Sequence record: NC_025447.1
From: Escherichia phage 121Q
Strand: one strand, 5' to 3'
Length of the DNA stretch: 64,000 bases
Part shown: positions 56,905 through 64,000 of the stretch, in pieces
Numbering within the stretch: the stretch's first letter is position 1
Layout of the letters: every line of letters starts with the position of its first letter
The notes under the pieces: model-generated
The model's database searches: none
Seen by the model: the letters and a program-made list of their open reading frames with translations, nothing else
What the model was told of the DNA's origin: nothing
Made by a program: the position numbers and the translations under genes

Positions 56905-59900
56905 ATGTATATCGATGCTTATATGGAACGTAAACGTACTGGTGATATTCTTCATGTAGTTGAACGTAAGAATGGTAAACGTATTCTACGCGAATTAGAT
57001 CCAGTATATGAATATTATGTTGAATCCCCACAAGGAACACATAAAACTGTTTATGGTACAATGGCTAAACATTTTGAGTTTCAAACTCAAGCTCAAATGA
57101 ATAAAAGTGTAGAGCAACACAAAAGTGAAGGTCTACGTATTTTTGAAAGTGATTGTAACATTACATTTAAAACATTAGCTAAAGAATATATGGGAAAAGG
57201 TTCACCCGATTTGAACATCGTGTTCTTCGATATCGAGACTGATTTCCATAAGAAATTTGGTTATGCTCCACCATCAGACCCGTTTAACCGAGTAACCGCT
57301 ATTTCTCTATATCAATCATGGACTGGAAAGGATTATGTACTTACTTTACCACCTGCTGATATGGAAATTTATGAAGCACAAGATATTGTTCGCCAACTAA
57401 ATGAAGAAACAAACGATCCTAACAGTACTGTAATTTTATATACAGACGAAAAGGAAATGTTTATGGAATTCTTTAGTTTAATTGATGATTCTGATGTTAT
57501 TTCAGGATGGAATAGTGAATTCTTTGATATTCCATATATGATCAATCGAACTAAAAAAATCTTCAATGAAGCAACAACTGCTCGTTGGTGTTTATGGAAT
57601 AAAAAACCAAATTCACGTGAAGCAGACAACTTTGGTAAAACTGTTCAAACATATGATCTGGTAGGTCGCGTCCATCTTGATTATTTGGCTTTGTATAAGA
57701 AACATGCTGGTCAAGTTGAACAATCTTATAAACTAGATTATATTGCTGAAAAAGTAACTAAAGAAAATAAAGTATCATATGAAGGTTCATTGGATAAACT
57801 TTACAGAGAGGATTACATTACTTTCTTGCGTTATTCTAAACAGGATAGTATTCTTCTTAAAAAGATTGATGCTAAATGTGACTATATCAACCTACACAAT
57901 CGACTTGCACACAAAGAATGTGTACTTATCAGTACAACAATGGGTTCAGTAGCACTAATCGACACTGCTATTATCAACTTAGCACATACTCGTGGTGAAG
58001 TTGTTTTCAACAAAGCACCGAAAGATGATCTTGAGTTTGATCCAGAAATGGAATATTATGGTGAAGATGGTGAAGATGAAGATGAGAAAATTAGTGCAAA
58101 AGCAGCAGGTGCATGGGTACAAGATCCAGTACTAGGACTTGTAAGTGACCTTGGGTGTACTGACTTTAACTCTCTTTACCCTACTGTTCTACGTACTTTG
58201 GGTATGAGTACTGAATGTATTCTTGGTCAATTACGTCAAGATTACACCGATGCGTATCTTGCAGCTAAAATCCAAGAACAGAAGAACAAATCTAAATCTA
58301 AATCATTTGAACCAGATTGGACTGCGGCATGGCATGGTTTATTTGCTGCTGTTGAATTTACAATGGTTCATGAAAAGTCAGAAGAAACATTGATTGTTGA
58401 TTTAGAAGATGGGAGTTCTTTTAAAGCAACGGGCAAAGAGCTATATGATATTATTTTTGCAGAAGATAGTACTATTGTACTTAGTGCAAACGGAACACTT
58501 TTTGATAAGTCTAAGTCTGGTGTAATTCCTGACATTCTAACTCAATGGTATTCTGAACGTAAAGCACAGCAAAAAATGGTCATTGACTACAAACATATGT
58601 ATACTGATGGTTGGGAGTTTAATGGCTATGAAAAAGTCGAACCACTACTATCAAACTATACCCCTGGTACAATGTTTAGAACTAATATTCATGATAATGA
58701 TCCTGTATACTTACTTCGTAAAGAAATTGGTAAAGGACAGTGGGATGAAGTTGCTAAGTTGATTGTAGAAAACGGATTAGTACTAAAAGATGGTCGTATT
58801 TTCTGTCCTAAAGAAGAAAAAGATTACTTCAAACAACGTAGTGCTTTCTGGAAACAGAACCAACAGATTCGTAAGATTCTTCTAAACAGTCTATATGGTG
58901 CACTATTGAACAAAGGTTCTCGTTTTTTTGACAAACGTTTAGGTCAATCCGTAACATTAACTGGACGTTCTATGACCAAACATATGGCAAGTCGTATCAA
59001 TGAAATTACTACTGGTGTATATAACCACCAAGGTGGTTCAGTAATTTATGGTGATACTGACTCAGTTTACTTTAGTGTAACTCATTATCTGAAAGAACAA
59101 GGTATTCCATATAATCTATCTAAAGAAGAGATTGTTGATATGTATATTAAAATTGGTGAAGAAGTTGGTGAATCTTTCCCATCATTTATGCATGAGATGT
59201 TCAACACTGGTATTGAAAAAGGTAAGATTGTTGGTGCAGACCTTGAGATGGTTGGTTCGCGTGGCCTATTCTTGAAGAAAAAACGTTATGCAATTCTGAA
59301 GTACTGGGAAGATGGGTTCCGTAAAGATATTGATGGTAAACCAGGTGAAATCAAAGCGATGGGTCTTGAAATTAAACGCTCAGACACGCCAAAATACATC
59401 CAGAACTTCCTAGAAGAGACTCTAATCGCATTACTGGTAGGTGAGAGTGAACAACAGCTAAAACAGCGTGTACGTGAGTTTAAGGACGTATTTAAGGATA
59501 TGCCTGTACATGAAAAAGGTTCACCAAAAACTGTAAAAAACTACACTAATTTAGAGGCTGAATATCAGCTAACTGGTAAGTGTAAAGTTGGTCACGTTCT
59601 TGCTGGTATCCAATGGAACCGTCTACGTGAAGTTTATGATGATAAATCTGTTCCAGAAGTAACAGATGGAACAAAAGTAATTGTCTGTAACTTAAAAGAT
59701 AATCCTATGGGAATTAAAGCAGTTGGTTATCCAATTGACTGTGTTGAGTATCTTCCAGAATGGTTCTTGGAACTACCATTTGATACTGAAAAAATGGAAG
59801 AGATTGTTCTAACTAAAAAATTAGAGAATATTTTTGGTATTTTGGATATGGATATTGGTATTCATGAAAAAAGTACTGCGTCAGTAAACAATGGATTCTT

Positions 59901-59910
59901 CACTTGGTAA
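56905..59910 (+). CDS. Family B DNA polymerase (T4 gp43-like)
   Basis: 1001 aa; exonuclease motif VFFDIETDF; polymerase motif A DFNSLYPTVL; motif C YGDTDSVYF. Confidence 0.9.
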   Translation: MYIDAYMERKRTGDILHVVERKNGKRILRELDPVYEYYVESPQGTHKTVYGTMAKHFEFQTQAQMNKSVEQHKSEGLRIFESDCNITFKTLAKEYMGKGSPDLNIVFFDIETDFHKKFGYAPPSDPFNRVTAISLYQSWTGKDYVLTLPPADMEIYEAQDIVRQLNEETNDPNSTVILYTDEKEMFMEFFSLIDDSDVISGWNSEFFDIPYMINRTKKIFNEATTARWCLWNKKPNSREADNFGKTVQTYDLVGRVHLDYLALYKKHAGQVEQSYKLDYIAEKVTKENKVSYEGSLDKLYREDYITFLRYSKQDSILLKKIDAKCDYINLHNRLAHKECVLISTTMGSVALIDTAIINLAHTRGEVVFNKAPKDDLEFDPEMEYYGEDGEDEDEKISAKAAGAWVQDPVLGLVSDLGCTDFNSLYPTVLRTLGMSTECILGQLRQDYTDAYLAAKIQEQKNKSKSKSFEPDWTAAWHGLFAAVEFTMVHEKSEETLIVDLEDGSSFKATGKELYDIIFAEDSTIVLSANGTLFDKSKSGVIPDILTQWYSERKAQQKMVIDYKHMYTDGWEFNGYEKVEPLLSNYTPGTMFRTNIHDNDPVYLLRKEIGKGQWDEVAKLIVENGLVLKDGRIFCPKEEKDYFKQRSAFWKQNQQIRKILLNSLYGALLNKGSRFFDKRLGQSVTLTGRSMTKHMASRINEITTGVYNHQGGSVIYGDTDSVYFSVTHYLKEQGIPYNLSKEEIVDMYIKIGEEVGESFPSFMHEMFNTGIEKGKIVGADLEMVGSRGLFLKKKRYAILKYWEDGFRKDIDGKPGEIKAMGLEIKRSDTPKYIQNFLEETLIALLVGESEQQLKQRVREFKDVFKDMPVHEKGSPKTVKNYTNLEAEYQLTGKCKVGHVLAGIQWNRLREVYDDKSVPEVTDGTKVIVCNLKDNPMGIKAVGYPIDCVEYLPEWFLELPFDTEKMEEIVLTKKLENIFGILDMDIGIHEKSTASVNNGFFTW

Positions 59911-59921
59911 GGAGTAATAAT

Positions 59922-60071
59922 ATGGTTATTGTAAATGAAATTGAACTAAACTATGACGAAGTAAACGATACTTTCACTAATGAGATGTTGAATCTTACTG
60001 AAGAAAGTGTAAATGAGGCATGGGAAAAATATGTAGAATGGACTTCATTACAAGGTAAAAATGATGAGTAA
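59922..60071 (+). CDS. Small ORF (49 aa) translationally coupled to the next gene
   Basis: ATG at 59922 preceded by AAGGAG; my translation is MVIVNEIELNYDEVNDTFTNEMLNLTEESVNEAWEKYVEWTSLQGKNDE; its end overlaps the start of the 60061 gene. Below the 60-aa cutoff of the ORF track. Confidence 0.35.
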   Translation: MVIVNEIELNYDEVNDTFTNEMLNLTEESVNEAWEKYVEWTSLQGKNDE

Positions 60072-60360
60072 TATATATAAGCGTATTGGTGAAGTATTAG
60101 AAGGTAATGGTATCATTAATTCTGTACTAGCGTATGATAATGATGAAGAAGTAGTTCTAATTGGTGCGGGTTTTACTCGCACTGGTTCCGTGGAAGTTGA
60201 CGGAGAGATTGCTGATGTTTACACTCTTGTGAAAAAGCGTAAAGTTGTTTTTGTCGATGATGTACATACATTAAAAGACTTGAAAAAATTACGCGATAAA
60301 ATTGGCATGAGTTCTACAATTGATAAGCCTTATCTTCAACGTTGGAATACAAAATACTGA
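60061..60360 (+). CDS. Hypothetical protein
   Basis: 99-aa ORF. Confidence 0.4.
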   Translation: MMSNIYKRIGEVLEGNGIINSVLAYDNDEEVVLIGAGFTRTGSVEVDGEIADVYTLVKKRKVVFVDDVHTLKDLKKLRDKIGMSSTIDKPYLQRWNTKY

Positions 60361-60462
60361 TAAAAAATTGAGACAAGCATCATTTTTGAGATATAATGGT
60401 GCTTGTAGTAATCTTACATAAAAAAACATTTTTGATTAACAAATAAAACGGAGAATTATATA

Positions 60463-61194
60463 ATGGATCTACGCAACGTACTACGTGACCTCGTAAACAC
60501 AACCAGCGGTATTGACTTCTCTTGTATTGCAGTAAGCAGTGAAGACCGTGGTGAAGGACAACGTGTATATCTAGAAGCGTACACGGATGACCGAACTCTT
60601 GTAATGCGAGCATATACTAAAGAAGATGTTCCTGAAGTTCAGGGTCGTTTTGGTTTAGGTAATCTAGGTCTTCTTCAGGGTCTAATGTCTCTAAAAACAT
60701 ACAGTACTGAAGGAACCACAATCACATCAAATGTTAAAGATGGTTCAGTTAAAAGTCTGGCATTTAAATCTGAAGATGCAAGCACTACATTTATGGTACA
60801 AGCTGAAAAACTTATTCCAGTTCAACCACGTTTCCATGAACAACCATATGACGTACAGGTTATTCCTAGTGCAGCAAAAGTTCAGGAACTAAAGAGTTTT
60901 TCTGGCGTATTTAAATCTTTTAGTTCTCTTGTAACTCCATATACTGAAGGTGACACCCTATACTTTCACGTTGGTGAGAAAAACAAAAGCAACCACGTTG
61001 GTTCTCTAGCTTTTTCTAAAACTGAAGGTGAATTAGGTCTTGGTTTTGGTTATAATATTGATCGCGTACTTCAAGCATTATCTCGCGTATCCAATGCCGA
61101 ATCAGTATCACTTGGTATTACTAAAACTGGTATGCTAAATGTAACACTAGATACTGGAATTGCAGTATACAAATTTTACGTAACAGGCTGCTAA
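60463..61194 (+). CDS. Putative sliding clamp (T4 gp45-like)
   Basis: 243 aa (T4 gp45 is 228 aa); LRDLVNTTSGIDF and GLGNLGLLQGLMSL loosely match recalled gp45 segments (LKNFATINSGIML; YDLNGFLGILSLV); downstream of the polymerase. Confidence 0.4.
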   Translation: MDLRNVLRDLVNTTSGIDFSCIAVSSEDRGEGQRVYLEAYTDDRTLVMRAYTKEDVPEVQGRFGLGNLGLLQGLMSLKTYSTEGTTITSNVKDGSVKSLAFKSEDASTTFMVQAEKLIPVQPRFHEQPYDVQVIPSAAKVQELKSFSGVFKSFSSLVTPYTEGDTLYFHVGEKNKSNHVGSLAFSKTEGELGLGFGYNIDRVLQALSRVSNAESVSLGITKTGMLNVTLDTGIAVYKFYVTGC

Positions 61195-61258
61195 TATAAA
61201 TAACGGGGAACATAGTGTTCCCCAAATTGGTTTGATTTAAAAAGTAAAGGAATACAAA

Positions 61259-61465
61259 ATGCCATTATATACATATCGTTGTGAAAAAGAAGAATGCAAA
61301 CATAGCATGGAAAAAATTGTTAAAATTGCAAACCGTGATGAACCTCATGATTGTCCTAAATGTAATGGTGAAAAAACTATGAAGTTGGAAGTATTCACTC
61401 CAGGTGATAAGGGTGCTAATCTTTATTTCCGTGGAAAATGGTTTGCAAATACTGGAGGTTACTAA
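61259..61465 (+). CDS. Zinc-ribbon protein (FmdB-like)
   Basis: 68 aa; MPLYTYRCEKEEC ... CPKCNG gives two CxxC pairs. Confidence 0.5.
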   Translation: MPLYTYRCEKEECKHSMEKIVKIANRDEPHDCPKCNGEKTMKLEVFTPGDKGANLYFRGKWFANTGGY

Positions 61466-61466
61466 T

Positions 61467-61766
61467 ATGAAAATTAAAATGATTAATGATTACGTTCTTG
61501 TTCGACAAATTGAAGCACAGAATAAAAGTACTGGTGGTATTATTCTAGGTAATGTTGAACCACCATGTATTGGGATGGTAATTTCCGTTGGTCCAGGTAA
61601 AATTCTTCCGAACGGACAACTTGCAGAACATAATATTAAAGAAGGTGATATGGTTGTGTTTGGTCGTTCATCTTTGAACACACCTCTGACTGAAGATCTT
61701 GGTGGTGGTGAAGATACATATTATGTAATGAAAATCGAAGAGATTTTTGGTAAGAAAAATGGCTAA
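61467..61766 (+). CDS. GroES-like co-chaperonin (Cpn10)
   Basis: MKIKMINDYVLVRQIEAQNKSTGGIILGN...GMVISVGPGKILPNGQ...IKEGDMVVF parallels E. coli GroES ([25 protein letters not shown]...GEVLAVGNGRILENGE...VKVGDIVIF). Start set to the ATG at 61467 (GGAGG upstream). Confidence 0.75.
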   Translation: MKIKMINDYVLVRQIEAQNKSTGGIILGNVEPPCIGMVISVGPGKILPNGQLAEHNIKEGDMVVFGRSSLNTPLTEDLGGGEDTYYVMKIEEIFGKKNG

Positions 61767-62484
61767 AAAGAAATTTATTCCATTTTGGATGGTCCCTGCT
61801 CACTGGGGACTTTCTGGAAAGGCAAAAGAGATAGCTAAAGCATACTACTACAATGATGATTATGAAGCTGATATGAAAGTTGCTGAATTGACATATCTAA
61901 CTCCATATGAAGTTGAACTGGCCCAATTGGATATTAAAAAGAAATATAGCGTAATTGGAGATTTGGAATATCTAATTACAGTACTTGATGTTGAACTAAA
62001 ATATTCTAAAATTACTCGTGAACAGTATAATGTTAAAGTTCTTGATGCAAAACTAAGTACTGGTTCTATTACTGAAAAAGAATATGATATGGAAATCATT
62101 GAGTTAATGCCAGACGGTGATGAAAAAAGGCTTAAGGCTATAGAATTTGCATATCGTTATGAAGAAATCACTCAAAGTGAATATTCAAAGGAGATATATA
62201 CACTTCGAAAAGAGCCTTGGATTGATTTGGATGTGGTTCTTGATCCTGAAACAAATGAAGTTGAGTTTGTTTTTGACTATAACGAATATTTCTGGAAAAA
62301 GTTGAAAGCCGAAGGTCATCCAGGTAATGATGAAGAAGAAATCATAGATAACTTTGTTAGAGACTTGGGGCGTAAACTTGCTACGGATGATTTCAGTGAT
62401 GATTACGACACAAAGCTAGTGAGTGCGAACGAAGGATTAGACAAGCTACCTGGTTTACCTGAAGGATTTCGTTCATATAGATAA
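61747..62484 (+). CDS. Hypothetical protein
   Basis: 245-aa ORF overlapping the end of the GroES-like gene; Glu/Lys/Tyr-rich. Confidence 0.4.
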   Translation: MVRKMAKKKFIPFWMVPAHWGLSGKAKEIAKAYYYNDDYEADMKVAELTYLTPYEVELAQLDIKKKYSVIGDLEYLITVLDVELKYSKITREQYNVKVLDAKLSTGSITEKEYDMEIIELMPDGDEKRLKAIEFAYRYEEITQSEYSKEIYTLRKEPWIDLDVVLDPETNEVEFVFDYNEYFWKKLKAEGHPGNDEEEIIDNFVRDLGRKLATDDFSDDYDTKLVSANEGLDKLPGLPEGFRSYR

Positions 62485-62494
62485 AAATAAAAAA

Positions 62495-62520
62495 GGAGAG
62501 CATTTGCTCTCCTTTTCTTT
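62495..62520. terminator. Bidirectional rho-independent terminator
   Basis: Stem GGAGAGC/GCTCTCC with ATTT loop, flanked by A-run and T-run; the stem is nearly identical to the one at 16024-16042. Confidence 0.65.
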
Positions 62521-62529
62521 TGTAAAATA

Positions 62530-63219
62530 TTAAACCAATGCTGGGATGTATTGGAAAAGTTTAACACCGAAATCCCCTGCTGCATCAGCAGACTGGGAAC
62601 GTAGATAAACTTCAGTAACACCATCTTTAGCAAGTAGCGGAACACCAGTTAGATCATCAATTAGTAGACGGCCTTCTTCGGATTCAGTACTTGGTACACC
62701 TTGTGGTGATTTAAGATCTTTGTTAAAGACACCAGCACGTTCAACTAGGAAGGTTACAACGGAAGCATCAGCAATACTAACTGAACCTGCACTCAATACA
62801 CCATCAGGTGCGTTGGTGAAACCAGTAACTGGAAATACTTCAAGACCATTACCTGCGATGTTAGAGGTAGCGATGATAACCGCACGTTGTTGAACAACAT
62901 CGACAATACGTTTAACGTTAGTTTGTGCTGCATAAGATGCATTGTAATCAGCTTCTAGTGTGCCAAGAACAAATGCAGTTCCATCAATACGTTTGATACC
63001 TTTATCATTTAGATATGCTAGAATTTCTTCTGGAATATCAGTGTTTAGAAAACGTTGTAGACCAGCATAAGAAGAAACTGCACCAGTAACTAGAACGTTT
63101 ACGTTTCCTAGCTTACTGATAGCAATGGATGCTAGGGCGTTAGTGCCACAAAAGTAACCTAGAATACGTTCAAAGGAATAACCATTGATACGTTCAAAAG
63201 AAGTATTAGTATATGACAT
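62530..63219 (-). CDS. Hypothetical protein, paralog of the 63234-63833 gene
   Basis: 229 aa; shares a central block (QQRAV..., FL/FICER..VFNKD/Q) with the neighbouring gene. Confidence 0.45.
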   Translation of the reverse strand: MSYTNTSFERINGYSFERILGYFCGTNALASIAISKLGNVNVLVTGAVSSYAGLQRFLNTDIPEEILAYLNDKGIKRIDGTAFVLGTLEADYNASYAAQTNVKRIVDVVQQRAVIIATSNIAGNGLEVFPVTGFTNAPDGVLSAGSVSIADASVVTFLVERAGVFNKDLKSPQGVPSTESEEGRLLIDDLTGVPLLAKDGVTEVYLRSQSADAAGDFGVKLFQYIPALV

Positions 63220-63233
63220 AATCTATCCTCCTA

Positions 63234-63833
63234 TTATAGTTGAACAGGAAGAGCAGCACGTACTTTAATTGCTACAGCAGTAGATGCACCTGCATCACCA
63301 ACACCATCAGTACCTTGACTTACGAAAGTTTTGGTACGGAAAACTTTAGCTTGAGCGATAGACTTAGCTAGGTCAACAGTTGGATCAACTGGAGCAGGAC
63401 ATGCTGAACCAGGACGAACTTCTTGCTTGTTAAATACGTCTTGACGTTCACAGATGAAAGTCAATGCAACAGAATTAGCACCACCTGCTACATCAGCACC
63501 ACTAGTACCGAACGCAACTACGTTTGGATTAGCATTTTTGAAATCAGCAGGAATAACAACTTCTGAATCAAGAGCTAGTAGAGAGGTAGTAACTAGAACT
63601 GCACGTTGTTGTAGTAGTTGGGTAACCATGAATAGGTTATATTGAGCATTACTTAGAGCAGTTTGATACGCTTCAGCTTGAACATCAGAACCGTCAGAAG
63701 TAACTTTGGTAGTACCTAGTTCAACATCAGTTGGTAGATCGATTACGATGGTAACGAAACCGTTATTACCACCCCACCATTCGCGAGCAACGCTAGACAT
63801 ACCATAGTTACGGTTAAAAGAATTAAGACTCAT
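63234..63833 (-). CDS. Hypothetical protein, paralog of the 62530-63219 gene
   Basis: 199 aa; shared QQRAVLVTTS...TFICERQDVFNKQ block; Ala/Val/Gly-rich. Confidence 0.45.
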   Translation of the reverse strand: MSLNSFNRNYGMSSVAREWWGGNNGFVTIVIDLPTDVELGTTKVTSDGSDVQAEAYQTALSNAQYNLFMVTQLLQQRAVLVTTSLLALDSEVVIPADFKNANPNVVAFGTSGADVAGGANSVALTFICERQDVFNKQEVRPGSACPAPVDPTVDLAKSIAQAKVFRTKTFVSQGTDGVGDAGASTAVAIKVRAALPVQL

Positions 63834-63956
63834 GAAAATCTCCTTGTCAAATTTTGTGCAGGTATATCCTGCTTAAAGTTATTTATCAAAAAATATCACT
63901 AGCATTTAAATTTACTGAGATATTTAATGAATTTCTATGATATTATTTATCAAATC

Positions 63957-63985
63957 TGGGAAAGTGATTCAAGATGTGCTATAAT
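63957..63985 (+). promoter_or_regulatory. Sigma70-type promoter (TGGGAA-N17-TATAAT) reading out of the window
   Basis: TGGGAA 63957-63962, 17-nt spacer, TGTGCTATAAT with TATAAT at 63980-63985. Confidence 0.45.
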
Positions 63986-64000
63986 TATCAATGAAAATCA

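Noticed and set aside
61404-61466. Upstream extension of the GroES-like ORF
   Set aside because: The extension overlaps the zinc-ribbon gene, and GGAGG sits immediately before the ATG at 61467; GroES homology begins at that ATG.
1-64000. CRISPR array
   Set aside because: No series of short direct repeats with uniform spacers; the only tandem repeats are long, in-frame coding repeats in the fiber gene.

Overview
This window reads as part of a T4-like contractile-tailed phage genome (AT-rich, dense operons, short intergenic hairpin terminators). All calls rest on reading motifs in the six-frame translations; no database search was run. From left to right: (1) a receptor-binding locus on the minus strand with a long repetitive fiber gene running off the window start, two proteins sharing the same N-terminal ~25 aa but different C-terminal domains (one with a GDGETDDT pectate-lyase-type motif), and a collagen-like fiber; (2) a plus-strand three-gene island, then a Nudix hydrolase; (3) a ClpA-like AAA+ unfoldase with an IGM loop; (4) a minus-strand baseplate operon with a giant 3333-aa ORF, a gpJ/gp6-like 1153-aa protein, a gp25-like protein, a T4-lysozyme-like endolysin and a multidomain central spike; (5) a gp55-like late sigma candidate next to Mre11/SbcD-like and Rad50/SbcC-like genes, as in T4 gene order 55-47-46; (6) an Endonuclease-VII-like gene beside a ~450-nt ORF-free, hairpin-rich region bracketed by a promoter and a terminator, which I consider the best candidate for an undescribed element (structured ncRNA); (7) the head module: portal, acidic core protein, prohead protease, scaffold and a clearly gp23-like major capsid protein; (8) an island of homing-endonuclease-like genes; (9) a tail-fiber-like gene with chaperone, family B DNA polymerase, clamp-like protein, zinc ribbon, GroES-like co-chaperonin and two paralogous minus-strand genes. 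Recurrent TGRGAC-N17-TATAAT early-type promoters and T4-type TATAAATA late promoters are visible. No tRNA, rRNA or CRISPR array was found. Many start codons were adjusted from the ORF track using ribosome-binding sites.
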